Positions 47,581 to 57,661 are shown, counted from the stretch's first letter. The stretch is 64,000 bases of DNA from Bryobacteraceae bacterium (GCA_045807905.1 JBJMGM010000144.1:871-64870), one strand, 5' to 3'. The notes: a model not told the origin generated them from the letters alone. Program-made: numbers and translations.

Positions 47581-48432
47581 ATGGCAAAGCTGCTTTCATC
47601 CCCTCTGTTCGTTGGCGTCCTTCTATTCGCAAATACGGGCCACGCAGGTAATCTCGTTCTCAATCAGATCCGCTCGCACCATAAAGGGATCGCGGTCTGG
47701 TGGATGGGAAACGCCGGCTGGCTGATCAAATCCGATGATGTCCTCATCGGTACGGATCTCACGCTCGACAATGATGAAAAGGTCCAGCCGCCGCCGGTAA
47801 CGCCTGCAGAAATTGCTCCCGACCTCGACGTTGTCTTCGTGACGCACCATCATAGCGATCATTGCAATCCGGAAACATTGCGCACGCTGGCACAGCGCGG
47901 AAAATGCACCTTCGTTCTGCCGCAGCCTTGCCTCAAGGAACTAGCCGATATCCACATACCGGCCGATCGCCTCATCGTGCCCGAGCCACTGCACCCGTTC
48001 ACGATAAGCACGATTCGCGTTGAACCGATACATGCAATCCACGGAAACCAGGAGTTCACCGTCCTCACCCGCGAGCCCGATTTCGTGGAGAAGATTGCTC
48101 ATAACTGCGGCTACGTATTTGGAATTCACGGTAAGCGCTTTCTTGAACCAGGTGATTCAGTGCTGACCGAGGAGCACTTATCACTGAAGGATATCGACGT
48201 TCTATTCGTATCGCCAACAGTCCATAACATGTATATCGACCGGTCTAACATCGTTATCAATCACCTGCAACCGGCCTACATATTTCCGCAGCATTTCGGT
48301 ACGTATAAGGAAACCGAGCAAGAGTTGTTCTGGACGCGCGGCTATCCGGATGAGCTCAAGCTTCGGCTTACGCCTGAGCTGCAACGCCGGTACCATAAGC
48401 TAAGCCAAGGCCAGATGTTCGAGATCAATTGA
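47581..48432 (+). CDS. secreted MBL-fold metallo-hydrolase
   Basis: The signal peptide is MAKLLSSPLFVGVLLFANTGHA. The motif VTHHHSDHC (HxHxDH) is present, with further His/Asp ligand contexts (IHAIHGN). Confidence 0.75.
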   Translation: MAKLLSSPLFVGVLLFANTGHAGNLVLNQIRSHHKGIAVWWMGNAGWLIKSDDVLIGTDLTLDNDEKVQPPPVTPAEIAPDLDVVFVTHHHSDHCNPETLRTLAQRGKCTFVLPQPCLKELADIHIPADRLIVPEPLHPFTISTIRVEPIHAIHGNQEFTVLTREPDFVEKIAHNCGYVFGIHGKRFLEPGDSVLTEEHLSLKDIDVLFVSPTVHNMYIDRSNIVINHLQPAYIFPQHFGTYKETEQELFWTRGYPDELKLRLTPELQRRYHKLSQGQMFEIN

Positions 48433-48465
48433 ATCGCGCCTTGCGCGCCTATTTATCAGTAACAG

Positions 48466-50634
48466 TCACGGCCGCTTCTGTCCCACTTCGCAGAACAACA
48501 CGGCTGAGTGTTCAATCATGTCGTAAGGCTCGCCGTTCCTAAGTTGGCGCCCTTCTGTCTGCACAGAGTCGCGGGTATCGAGTATTAATTCCCAGTCAGA
48601 GCCGGTCGTAGAAGCCGGGAGGTAGAACTGAATGTGCTCGTGATGCGGGTTTAAGCACAATAAAAAGCTGTCGTCCACAATCGGCTCGCCATACCGGTCG
48701 ACATCATCCAAGGTTCTCCCGCTGAGACGCATACCCAGGCAGCGAACCCATCCCGCGGCCCACTCTTCTTCCGTCATCCGTTCACCATCCGGTCGGTACC
48801 ACGCAATATCTTGAACTTCAAGCCCGTCAAGGTGCTGCATTCCCACTGTAGTCGGGCTTATGTTGCGGTCCTGGAAGAACTTTCTTCGACGAAAGTTTGG
48901 ATGGTTCGTACGCAACTTGATCAACTTGACGGTAAATTCTTCGAGAGCTTTCTTGCCATCGTTCAAATTCCAGTCAACCCAGCTAATCTCGTTATCTTGG
49001 GCATAGGCATTGTTATTGCCCTCTTGCGTCCGGCCAAGCTCATCGCCAATGCAGATCATAGGGACGCCCTGAGAAAGTAATAAAGTCGTGAGCATGTTGC
49101 GCTTCTGGCGCTCGCGAAGTGCAATAACGTTGGGATCATCCGTGGGGCCTTCCACGCCGCAATTCCAGGAATAATTCTCATTTGTGCCATCGCGGTTATC
49201 TTCACCGTTTGCCTGGTTATGCTTCTGGTTGTAACTTACTAAGTCCTGCAGGGTGAAACCATCATGCGCGGTCACGAAATTGATACTTGCCGAGGGGCGG
49301 CGACCGTCACGCCGATATAGATCGCTGCTTCCTGTAAGCCGGTACCCCAGTTCCAGGAGCTGGCCATCGTCTCCTTTCCAATAGCGGCGAACGACATCAC
49401 GATATTTTCCGTTCCACTCTGCCCACAACACCGGGAAGTGTCCGACCTGATAGCCGCCTTCGCCAACATCCCAAGGCTCGGCAATCAGCTTTACTTTCGA
49501 GATCACCGGATCTTGATTAATGACATCGAAAAACGACGAGAGCCGGTCCACGTCATGCAGCTCACGGGCAAGTGCGGCAGCCAAATCGAAACGGAATCCA
49601 TCGACATGCATCTCCAGGATCCAGTATCGAAGGCTATCCATAACCATTTTGAGCACTTGTGGATGGCGCACATTGAGCGTATTTCCAGTGCCGGTGTAAT
49701 CCATGTAATAACGCGGGTTGTTCTCAACGAGACGATAGTACGTGTGGTTATCAATTCCCCGGAAACTAAGCGTCGGACCCATTTGGTTGCCTTCCGACGT
49801 GTGGTTGTATACGACATCGAGGATTACCTCGATATTCGCGCGATGAAGCTCTCGCACCATGGTCTTAAACTCGCCGATTTGCTGGCCCCTATCCCCAGAG
49901 CTGCAATATCGAGCCTCAGGTGCGAAATAGTTGGTCGTGTTGTATCCCCAATAATTTCGCAATCCTCTGTCGAGTAAAGTTTTGTCGTCGAGAAAATCGT
50001 GAATCGGCATCAACTCGACTGCGGTGATGCCTAGCTTCTTAAAATATTCAATTATCGGTGGAGAAACCAGCCCTGCATAAGTTCCTCGCAGGTGATCCGG
50101 CACGTCGGGATGCCGAACGGTAAAACCCTTGACGTGAAGTTCATAAATCACCGAATCATGTAACTGGATCTGTGGTGAGCGGTCGTTTTGCCAATCGAAG
50201 TGCGATGTGGTTACGACACCCTTTGGCATTCCGGCCGCGTCATCCTGGCTGTCACAGCTCAGATCGGCATTAGGATCGCCGAGGCGATATCCAAATACCG
50301 GATAGTTCCAATCAACCTTTCCCGCAATTGCCTTTGCGTACGGATCAACCAGAAGCTTGGCTGGATTAAAACGGAAGCCGTTTTCAGGTTCGTATCGACC
50401 GTGAACTCTGTAGGCGTATAATTGCCCAATCGTAATTCCGGGAACATAGCAATGCCAGATATAACCGGAACACTCCCGTATTTGTATGGTTTCATGGCTA
50501 TCAGAATGAAGTTCTTCAAATAGACAAAGATCCACGCCGGTTGCGTTCTCAGAATAGATCGCAAAGTTTACCCCGGTTCCATCCCAGGTCGCGCCTTGAG
50601 GATACGGCGAACCCGGAAGTATGTTCTTCGGCAT
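48466..50634 (-). CDS. glgX: glycogen debranching enzyme
   Basis: 722 aa. The N-terminus is [27 protein letters not shown]13 regions are [22 protein letters not shown] and FVTAHDGF. Confidence 0.9.
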   Translation of the reverse strand: MPKNILPGSPYPQGATWDGTGVNFAIYSENATGVDLCLFEELHSDSHETIQIRECSGYIWHCYVPGITIGQLYAYRVHGRYEPENGFRFNPAKLLVDPYAKAIAGKVDWNYPVFGYRLGDPNADLSCDSQDDAAGMPKGVVTTSHFDWQNDRSPQIQLHDSVIYELHVKGFTVRHPDVPDHLRGTYAGLVSPPIIEYFKKLGITAVELMPIHDFLDDKTLLDRGLRNYWGYNTTNYFAPEARYCSSGDRGQQIGEFKTMVRELHRANIEVILDVVYNHTSEGNQMGPTLSFRGIDNHTYYRLVENNPRYYMDYTGTGNTLNVRHPQVLKMVMDSLRYWILEMHVDGFRFDLAAALARELHDVDRLSSFFDVINQDPVISKVKLIAEPWDVGEGGYQVGHFPVLWAEWNGKYRDVVRRYWKGDDGQLLELGYRLTGSSDLYRRDGRRPSASINFVTAHDGFTLQDLVSYNQKHNQANGEDNRDGTNENYSWNCGVEGPTDDPNVIALRERQKRNMLTTLLLSQGVPMICIGDELGRTQEGNNNAYAQDNEISWVDWNLNDGKKALEEFTVKLIKLRTNHPNFRRRKFFQDRNISPTTVGMQHLDGLEVQDIAWYRPDGERMTEEEWAAGWVRCLGMRLSGRTLDDVDRYGEPIVDDSFLLCLNPHHEHIQFYLPASTTGSDWELILDTRDSVQTEGRQLRNGEPYDMIEHSAVLFCEVGQKRP

Positions 50635-50878
50635 TAATTTCTAGCCCACAACGGAGATGTAAGCTGATTACCCTTCATTACACAATACGTAGAGTTTCGC
50701 AGAGCGCAGTTGAAATCCAATAAGCGTGCAGCCTTAAGGATTTCGCAACCCTAATGCCTGAAATATACCCGGCATTTACGCGGCGGGAGTGCAGGCGGAC
50801 CGAAAGGCGCCTTAAGAAACTGTGGTCGTGAACCGGTCATATGTTCATCATGGTCGATCGGCGTCGTAGTCTGGGGTT

Positions 50879-53329
50879 GTGTCCGGGAAACGGCAACACC
50901 TTGCCTCGTTGGTGGATGACTTCACGCGCCATCATGAGGAGATCGCGGTGGTGTCCCGGCGAGGAGTCCGCGAGTATAGAACGACTTACGGTGAAGTGGC
51001 TACGCTCGCTCGGCGCTTTGCCGCAGAGTTGCTCAATCATCAAATCGAAAAGGGCGATCGAGTCCTGATCTGGGGTGAGAACAACGCTGAGTGGATAGCG
51101 GCATTCTTCGGCTGCGTTTTGCGGGGTGTTCTTCCGGTTCCGGTGGACGTTGCAAGTACACAGGAATTCGTGCGTCGCGTCGAGCGAGAAGTGTCGCCGA
51201 AGTTGATCGTCGGTGATGAAGAGAAGCTCACGGCTGTCGCGTCTGGCGATCGACATATCCCGTTTAGCCGGTTCAGACAGACGCTTACGATACAGATGGC
51301 GAGCGCTAGAGACGATCTTCACGAGGATGACGCGCTTCAAATTGTGTTCACCTCCGGCACGACGGGCGAGCCGAAGGGCGTAGTTCACACTCACAAGAAT
51401 GTGCTCGCGAGCCTCAGGCCCATTGAAGCCGAGATGCAGAAGTATCTCAAGTACGAGCGCTTGGTACACCCGCTGAGATTTCTGCATACATTGCCACTCA
51501 GTCATGTCTTCGGCCAGTTTATGGGACTGTGGATCCCGCCCTTAATTCCCGCTGAGGTGCATTATGAGTCGCGTTTGGTCGCGAGCGAGATCGTGCATCG
51601 CATTCACAAACAGCGAATTTCCGCCCTTGCTACAGTTCCCCGGGTGCTCGACTTGATGGAGAGCCATCTGCTCGACCGGTTTCCGGACCTTGGTTTGCGT
51701 GTCGCTGGTTCACAAGGGATACCGGCATGGAAAGGATGGTGGCGATTTCGTGATATTCACAGGGCGTTCGGGTTCAAGTTTTGGGCCTTCGTGTGCGGTG
51801 GTGCGTCGCTGTCTTCTGCATCCGAACAGTTTTGGACTGCGTTGGGCTTCGCTGTGGTCCAGGGTTATGGGATGACCGAGACGACCGCTTTGGTTAGCCT
51901 GAATCATCCATTTCATGCCGCACAGGGCACGATCGGGCAGGTGCTGCCGGGCCGTGAAGTGCGGCTCAGCGATGAGGGCGAAGTGCTGGTCCGCGGTGAC
52001 ACTATTTCGAGTGCTGTTTGGGAACAAGGCAAACTGAAGCAGCAGGATTCAACTTGGCTCGCGACTGGCGATCTAGCCGAGTTCGACGAGCGGGGAAATC
52101 TCCGTTTCCGAGGGCGCAAAAAGGATGTAATTGTCACTTCCTCAGGGCTAAACATTTATCCGGAAGATCTTGAAGCGGCGCTGGCTCGCCAGCCAGACGT
52201 GAAGACATGCACAGTAGTGGAAACGGCCGGCGCACATGGTCCGGAGCCACTTGCCGCGCTTGTGATGACGGCGGGCGGTGACGCCGGTACGGCAATCGCC
52301 ACAGCAAATGCGGAATTAGCGGAATACCAGCACATCCGGCGTTGGATCCTTTGGCCAGAGCCCGACTTGCCGCGTACGTCCACGGGCAAAGTCCTGCGGC
52401 GCGAGGTGGCCCGAAGAGTTGCAGCAGGTGAGATCGAAGCCGGCGCTGGAGCCGAATCGCTGGGCGGCGAGCTAAATCTCGATAGCCTTGGCCGAGTCGA
52501 GTTGCAGGCGCGGCTTGAACAGCAGTTTGGCCGGGCGCTTGATGATTCCGCGTTACAGACCGTGAAGACGGGCGAGGAATTGCGCTCACTTCTTTCCGAA
52601 GGCACTAAGCCGAGTGCCGAAAACGCTCAGCATCTGTATCCCCACTGGCCCTGGCATCCGGTTTTTCAAGCCATTCGAAGCGCATTTCTCGAATGCATTG
52701 CCATGCCGCTCGTTCGCTTGCTGGCCAAACCGGCCGTGAGGATGGCTGTAGATCACTGGCCGTCATCGCCGATGCTCGTTGTCTCGAATCACGTCACCTC
52801 TTATGACGTGCCTCTGATCCTGTACGCGATGCCAGGGCGGGTCAGGCGGCGCGTTGCCGTGGCAATGTCGGCAGAAATGATGTTGGATTGGCGGCGCGCG
52901 CGAAACCAGGGACATTGGTTCCTGAACCTGGTTGCGCCAATTGAATATCTGTTGGTAACAGCGCTGTTCAATGTTTTCCCGTTATCGCAGATGAGCGGGT
53001 TTCGCCGCAGTTTTGCACACGCCGGCGAGGCGGTGGATCGTGGTTACAGCGTCATTGTATTTCCCGAAGGACGCCGTTCAGAAGATGGTACCCCGGCTTC
53101 GTTCAAACTCGGTGCTGGACTGCTTTGGAAAGAACTGGGCACGCCGGCATTGCCGGTTTATCTACAGGGACTCGGCGAGATCAAGGCGAAACGCGAGCGG
53201 TGGTTTCGCTCTGGCCGGATTTCAGTATCGGTACGCAAAATTCTTGAACCCGAGCCTGCCAAATCTCCGGAGGAATTGACAAAGCGTTTGGAGCGGAGCG
53301 TGTTTGTCAACGCGATCTATCGCCCTTAA
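50879..53329 (+). CDS. tri-domain protein: adenylate-forming acyl ligase + carrier (PP-binding-like) domain + PlsC-type lysophospholipid acyltransferase
   Basis: Ligase core motifs are FTSGTTGEPKGVVHTH, GYGMTET, GDLAEFDERGNLRFRGRKKD and PRTSTGKVLRRE. The carrier-like segment is LNLDSLGRVELQARLEQQFG. The acyltransferase motifs are VVSNHVTSYD (HX4D) and VIVFPEGRRS. GTG start. Confidence 0.8.
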   Translation: MSGKRQHLASLVDDFTRHHEEIAVVSRRGVREYRTTYGEVATLARRFAAELLNHQIEKGDRVLIWGENNAEWIAAFFGCVLRGVLPVPVDVASTQEFVRRVEREVSPKLIVGDEEKLTAVASGDRHIPFSRFRQTLTIQMASARDDLHEDDALQIVFTSGTTGEPKGVVHTHKNVLASLRPIEAEMQKYLKYERLVHPLRFLHTLPLSHVFGQFMGLWIPPLIPAEVHYESRLVASEIVHRIHKQRISALATVPRVLDLMESHLLDRFPDLGLRVAGSQGIPAWKGWWRFRDIHRAFGFKFWAFVCGGASLSSASEQFWTALGFAVVQGYGMTETTALVSLNHPFHAAQGTIGQVLPGREVRLSDEGEVLVRGDTISSAVWEQGKLKQQDSTWLATGDLAEFDERGNLRFRGRKKDVIVTSSGLNIYPEDLEAALARQPDVKTCTVVETAGAHGPEPLAALVMTAGGDAGTAIATANAELAEYQHIRRWILWPEPDLPRTSTGKVLRREVARRVAAGEIEAGAGAESLGGELNLDSLGRVELQARLEQQFGRALDDSALQTVKTGEELRSLLSEGTKPSAENAQHLYPHWPWHPVFQAIRSAFLECIAMPLVRLLAKPAVRMAVDHWPSSPMLVVSNHVTSYDVPLILYAMPGRVRRRVAVAMSAEMMLDWRRARNQGHWFLNLVAPIEYLLVTALFNVFPLSQMSGFRRSFAHAGEAVDRGYSVIVFPEGRRSEDGTPASFKLGAGLLWKELGTPALPVYLQGLGEIKAKRERWFRSGRISVSVRKILEPEPAKSPEELTKRLERSVFVNAIYRP

Positions 53330-53876
53330 AGAAGTGACGCACGACTCCCTTAAGAAACGGACCGCCAAAGACGCCGATTCCCAGCAGTCCTCCAAACAGG
53401 GCCATCGCCTCATAGCTTTCGCGCCCTTCACGCTGCCAGTAAACGTCGCTTAGGTTGAGCCAAAGAGCGAATTCATCAAGCGTAAGAGCGGCTGCGACGC
53501 CGTAGAGCAGGGAGGTCACTCGATCGGCAATATGGAAGCAGGAAGCGCCGCCAGTTCCGATCTCGTTCAGCCATGAATATCCGACTAGAAGCAGGAGAAG
53601 AATACCCCATACCAGATGATGGATGTGGCGCCCTCGCATCGTGACGTTATGGAATGGTCCGATGTCGTTGTGAATCGCGATTGTGATCCCGCGAACCACG
53701 AGCACCGCAGTAAAGAACCCCACCGAGGCGAGGAACAGCCGTTCTCGGCGAGTCTCAGGGAATTGCTGCTTGTAAACTGATCGCAAGCGGGTCCGAGAGA
53801 CAACCAGCCCGAGTAGCGCGAGAATAACAGCGATAATGAGCGGCCCAATCCAAAAACTTCGGTGCGTCCAGGGCAT
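53307..53876 (-). CDS. hypothetical 4-5-TM membrane protein with His cluster
   Basis: ATG 53876 lies 7 nt after the hemD stop. Helices include IGPLIIAVILALLGLVV and FLASVGFFTAVLVV. RGRHIHHLVWGILLLLLVG is present. No family recognised. The 3' end overlaps the convergent 50879-53329 gene by 23 nt. Confidence 0.55.
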   Translation of the reverse strand: MPWTHRSFWIGPLIIAVILALLGLVVSRTRLRSVYKQQFPETRRERLFLASVGFFTAVLVVRGITIAIHNDIGPFHNVTMRGRHIHHLVWGILLLLLVGYSWLNEIGTGGASCFHIADRVTSLLYGVAAALTLDEFALWLNLSDVYWQREGRESYEAMALFGGLLGIGVFGGPFLKGVVRHFFKGDRSR

Positions 53877-53883
53877 TCGAATG

Positions 53884-54642
53884 TCATCTTTGCATGTACG
53901 CAGCCTGACATAAGGCGTCAATGAGTCCTTGGGCGGTGTGAAGTTCAGCCTGAGCAGTGACGACCAGTCCATGATCAAGGGCCGTTTTGGATGTGATTGG
54001 GCCTATTGCGGCTATCTTGGTTCGGCGTAGCCGCTCGACACCGATCAACCGTATAAGGTTGTCTACGACAGAAGAACTCGCGAATAAGACCCAGTCTGGG
54101 TATGGCTCTCGGAACACGGCTGCAGCCTTATCCGCGGCTTCGGGAGGAATCACGTTGCGGTAAGCTTCGACGACCTCGACTTGCGCTCCGCGCTTCCGCA
54201 GTTCGTCGGCGACAAGATCGCGCGTCACCGCTGCACTCGGGATTAGCACCCTGCGGTTGTTCAAGTCTTCGCCGCTAAGCGCTTGTAGTAGGGACTCGGC
54301 AACATATTTGGAGGGGGTAAGGTCGACTCGTAGTCCGCGCTCTTCGGCTGCCTGGCGAGTGGCAGGACCAACTGCCGCAATGCGTGGTTTCCAAACTTGT
54401 GGTGGTACTGCCGATTGGGCTGCGAAGGCATGGACGGCATTCGCGCTTGTGAAGATAATCCAGTCATACTCATTCGAGCGCGCTGCGGCATTGTGCAGAC
54501 GTTCTGCATTAAGCGGGGGCGCAATACCAATTAACGGCACTAGAATAACCTCTGCGCCTAAGGCACGAAGCGGCGCAGCCAATTCCTCGGCTTGATGGGC
54601 AGCGCGCGTGACAACAATGCGCAGATCTTCGAGAGGGCGCAT
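53884..54642 (-). CDS. hemD: uroporphyrinogen-III synthase
   Basis: 252 aa. RIVVTRAAHQAEELAAPLRALGAEVILVPLI and WIIFTSANAV show the two-lobe HEM4 pattern. The gene directly abuts the hemC stop (TAAATG). Confidence 0.75.
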   Translation of the reverse strand: MRPLEDLRIVVTRAAHQAEELAAPLRALGAEVILVPLIGIAPPLNAERLHNAAARSNEYDWIIFTSANAVHAFAAQSAVPPQVWKPRIAAVGPATRQAAEERGLRVDLTPSKYVAESLLQALSGEDLNNRRVLIPSAAVTRDLVADELRKRGAQVEVVEAYRNVIPPEAADKAAAVFREPYPDWVLFASSSVVDNLIRLIGVERLRRTKIAAIGPITSKTALDHGLVVTAQAELHTAQGLIDALCQAAYMQR

Positions 54643-55560
54643 TTATTTGCTTTCGCTGAGGATCTTACCCGCACCGCGAGTTATGAGATCCGCTGCGACA
54701 GCTTGGCCTAGTTCTTCAGGGCTATGGCGGGGTCCAGCCGCTTCAACTCGTAAACAACGTTCGCCATCCGGCGAAAGGACGACGGCTATTACGTTGAGAG
54801 TTTCCCCGATTGGCTGGGCAAATGCGCCTACGGGCAGCTGACATCCCCCACCTAACGCTGCAAGCACTGTTCTTTCGCACCGGACAGCTTCACTGGTCAG
54901 CTCGTCATTCAACTCCGCGCATATGTCACGAGCCGGATCGGCTATACGGGTCTGAATGGCCAGTGCACCCTGGCCGGGGGCGGGACACATCTGATGCGGA
55001 GACAAGATTTCGCAGATTTCATGAGCGAGTCCAAGGCGATGAAGTCCTGCCGCTGCGAGCAGAATTGCGTGATAGCGGCCTTCCTTCAGCTTCCGAACGC
55101 GGGTATCGATGTTGCCGCGAATGGGCTGGATCTGCAGATCAGGCCTCAGCAGTCGAAGCTGCGCCGCGCGACGTCCCGAGCTGGTACCCACCGACGCGCC
55201 ATGCGGGACGTTATTGAGCGTGCTTCCTAGAATTGCGTCTCGCGGGTCTTCCCGCTCGGGCACCGCGGCGATAGCAAGGTCTTCGCGCGGCTCCGTCGGC
55301 AGGTCTTTAAGGCTGTGAACTGCCAGATCGATTGCACCCGTTAGGAGCGCTTCCTCTATTTCCTTCGTGAACAGGCCTTTGCCGCCGGCTTGAACTAACG
55401 ACGCTGTCTGGAGGTGGTCTCCCGTAGTTCTAATAATCTCGATACGGGTTGTGACGCCGCGTCTGTTCAGATGTGCCGCAACGAACTGAGCTTGCCACAA
55501 AGCGAGCTGCGAACCCCGGGAGCCGATTGTCAAGACACGCGCAAGTGCGCCAACTGCCAT
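54643..55560 (-). CDS. hemC: hydroxymethylbilane synthase (porphobilinogen deaminase)
   Basis: IGSRGSQLALWQA, LFTKEIE, VHSLKD, RGNIDTR and the cofactor Cys context LGGGCQLPVGAFA are present. Confidence 0.9.
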   Translation of the reverse strand: MAVGALARVLTIGSRGSQLALWQAQFVAAHLNRRGVTTRIEIIRTTGDHLQTASLVQAGGKGLFTKEIEEALLTGAIDLAVHSLKDLPTEPREDLAIAAVPEREDPRDAILGSTLNNVPHGASVGTSSGRRAAQLRLLRPDLQIQPIRGNIDTRVRKLKEGRYHAILLAAAGLHRLGLAHEICEILSPHQMCPAPGQGALAIQTRIADPARDICAELNDELTSEAVRCERTVLAALGGGCQLPVGAFAQPIGETLNVIAVVLSPDGERCLRVEAAGPRHSPEELGQAVAADLITRGAGKILSESK

Positions 55561-55565
55561 TTGAA

Positions 55566-56849
55566 TTAACGGTCACGCAACCGAAACATCCGGCGAACCG
55601 CATTGATGAGTTCGCCTTGGCGGATATTTTCACCCACCTTTTGTGAAGCTGCGTGCCGCCTAATTTCGGAAATGGGACCATGCGCAATCTTGTTAACGAT
55701 GCTTCGCGTCAATGTTTCGAGCGCTTCCTCCTGATCCGGCGTCAAGGTGCCTAGGTGGGGGCGATGACGTTCTAATACTTCCGCGCGCACTGCTTCGAGC
55801 TGGGCCTGCAGACTGATAATGGTCGGCGCGACGTCGCGCGCGCGGAGCCGAGCCTCGACACGAACCACCTCATCCGCAACGATGATCTCGGCCTGCTCCG
55901 CTACTTCCTGCCGGGCTTGGAGATTGCGGTCGGCAAGGCGCTGCAAATCATCGATGTCGTAGAGGAATGCGTGCTCAACTTTGTTGACATCGGGCTCGAT
56001 GTTCCGCGGAACGGCAATGTCAATGAAAAACATCGGTTGATTCCGGCGTGCTTCGATGGCTCGACGAACAGTGTCTTGAACCAGAACGTAACCGGGTGCG
56101 GCAGAAGAGGCTATGACAATGTCAACCTCTGCAAGCCGTTGATAGAAGGAGTTGTAAGGGATCGCCTCGCCTCGAAGAACCTGTGCGAGTTGGTCAGCGC
56201 GCTCCTGCGTGCGATTCGTAACGAGGATCTCAGTGGCCCCGGCCCGCAGCAGGTGTCGAGCCGCAGCCTCCGACATCTTGCCCGCTCCAATAATAAGGAC
56301 ACGCTTTTTGTTGAGTGACCCAAATATCTCCCGGGCTAATTCTACGGCGGCATAGCCAATGGACACAGCACTCTGCCCGATTTCGGTCTCTGAGCGAATG
56401 CGTTTGGCAACGCTAAAAGCTCTGGTCAGAACCGTATCGAGAATGCTTCCGATGGCCCCCTGGCCTCGTGCCTGAGCGTAGGCGCGCTTTAGCTGACCAA
56501 GGATCTGCGGCTCGCCGACGATCATGGAGTCGAGACTTGAGGCTACCCGGAAAAGATGCCGAATCGCTTCAGTCTCTTCGAAAAAGTAGAGATGTGGACG
56601 AACGGCTTCCAAGGTAAGGCCACCCCGACCGTTCAGAATAGTTTCGACCAGCGTGTCTGTGGGCGTGTCGTCGGCGAGAGCGGCCGTGATTTCCACTCGG
56701 TTACATGTCGAGAGGATGAGCGCTTCCTTTGCACCGCGGGCCTGCATATATGACAGTGCGGCCGGAACGTCCTCCATCCGGAATGCAAGCTTCTCACGCA
56801 CCTGCACGGGAGCAGTGCGGTGATTAACACCGGCAAGAGCCAGTTTCAT
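55566..56849 (-). CDS. hemA: glutamyl-tRNA reductase
   Basis: MKLALAGVNHRTAPVQVREKLAF, the catalytic Cys context LSTCNRVE and the NADPH fold VLIIGAGKMSE are present. The start at 56849 forms an ATGA overlap with the upstream gene. The ORF-track extension to 56993 lies inside that gene. Confidence 0.9.
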   Translation of the reverse strand: MKLALAGVNHRTAPVQVREKLAFRMEDVPAALSYMQARGAKEALILSTCNRVEITAALADDTPTDTLVETILNGRGGLTLEAVRPHLYFFEETEAIRHLFRVASSLDSMIVGEPQILGQLKRAYAQARGQGAIGSILDTVLTRAFSVAKRIRSETEIGQSAVSIGYAAVELAREIFGSLNKKRVLIIGAGKMSEAAARHLLRAGATEILVTNRTQERADQLAQVLRGEAIPYNSFYQRLAEVDIVIASSAAPGYVLVQDTVRRAIEARRNQPMFFIDIAVPRNIEPDVNKVEHAFLYDIDDLQRLADRNLQARQEVAEQAEIIVADEVVRVEARLRARDVAPTIISLQAQLEAVRAEVLERHRPHLGTLTPDQEEALETLTRSIVNKIAHGPISEIRRHAASQKVGENIRQGELINAVRRMFRLRDR

Positions 56850-57661
56850 CGCAGCCACAAACTCCTCAACCCGACGTGAGTGGCCCACGTTATGATCGAG
56901 CAACTCAATACGCTGACGGCCAGCCAGGCGATTCGACGGCCGCGCCATCCGGCAGAAACACGCAGAAAAATCATGGCGAGATAAAACGCCCATGTGAAGA
57001 GAAAAAAGGCGATCTTTGGATCGAGGATCCAGCGGGTGCCGCTTTCAATGAATGCCCAGATAACTCCGGTCACAGTCGCGATTGTGATGAATACAAATCC
57101 CGTATTCATGGCGTGGGTGATGACCCGGTCGAGTGTGGCCAACGGGGGCAGCCGGTTTGAAGATGGGCTGACGTGCTTGCGCTTCAGCTGGCGTTCCTGA
57201 AGCAGGTAGTATACAGACCCTACGGCGGCGAGGATCAGTGCCGCGTATCCAATTAAGACGCTCGTGATATGGACAGTCAACCAGGCGTTCCGGACCCCTG
57301 GACTGCTCCACGAAGCCACTGGGAACTCGGTTGCCCCGATAAGAGTCATGAAGAACACTAACGGGAAGAGACAAACGCCAAATATGGAGATGTGGTAGTA
57401 GCTGTATGCTAGCAAGAACAGAACGGCTATTAAAAAGGCGCAAAGTGAACTGGTCTCATAGAAATTGTTGAGAGGTAAATGGCCTGTCTCAACGCGCAGC
57501 TCTACAATCGACACGAGATGAAACACCGTTCCAATGGCGAACACGATGAGAGCCGGAGTGAATAGCCGGGTATGTTTTCGGAATAGGTAAATCAGCGCGT
57601 ATAGTAAGCCGCAGGAGTACAATGCCGCGGCTGCCCGCAGCCAGAAAACGCTCATGGTCAC
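56846..57661 (-). CDS. CcsA-family cytochrome c assembly-like membrane protein, HemX-like (upstream of hemA)
   Basis: 271 aa with about 8 TM helices. The region WAFIESGTRWILDPKIAFF corresponds to a degenerate CcsA WWD motif. Position immediately 5' of hemA recalls Bacillus hemX. Confidence 0.7.
   Translation of the reverse strand: MTMSVFWLRAAAALYSCGLLYALIYLFRKHTRLFTPALIVFAIGTVFHLVSIVELRVETGHLPLNNFYETSSLCAFLIAVLFLLAYSYYHISIFGVCLFPLVFFMTLIGATEFPVASWSSPGVRNAWLTVHITSVLIGYAALILAAVGSVYYLLQERQLKRKHVSPSSNRLPPLATLDRVITHAMNTGFVFITIATVTGVIWAFIESGTRWILDPKIAFFLFTWAFYLAMIFLRVSAGWRGRRIAWLAVSVLSCSIITWATHVGLRSLWLR

Noticed and set aside
48435-48447. CGCGC-ctt-GCGCG hairpin between the convergent MBL and glgX genes
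   Set aside because: It has only a 5-bp stem with a 3-nt loop and no proper U-tract on either strand. This is insufficient to call a terminator.
50837-51505. 222-aa minus-strand ORF
   Set aside because: It is antisense to the N-terminal adenylation domain of the tri-domain gene, whose motifs are unambiguous. It has no motifs of its own.
56850-56993. N-terminal extension of the hemA ORF
   Set aside because: It lies within the upstream CcsA-like gene. The canonical HemA N-terminus MKLALAGVNHRTAP starts at 56849 with an ATGA coupling overlap.
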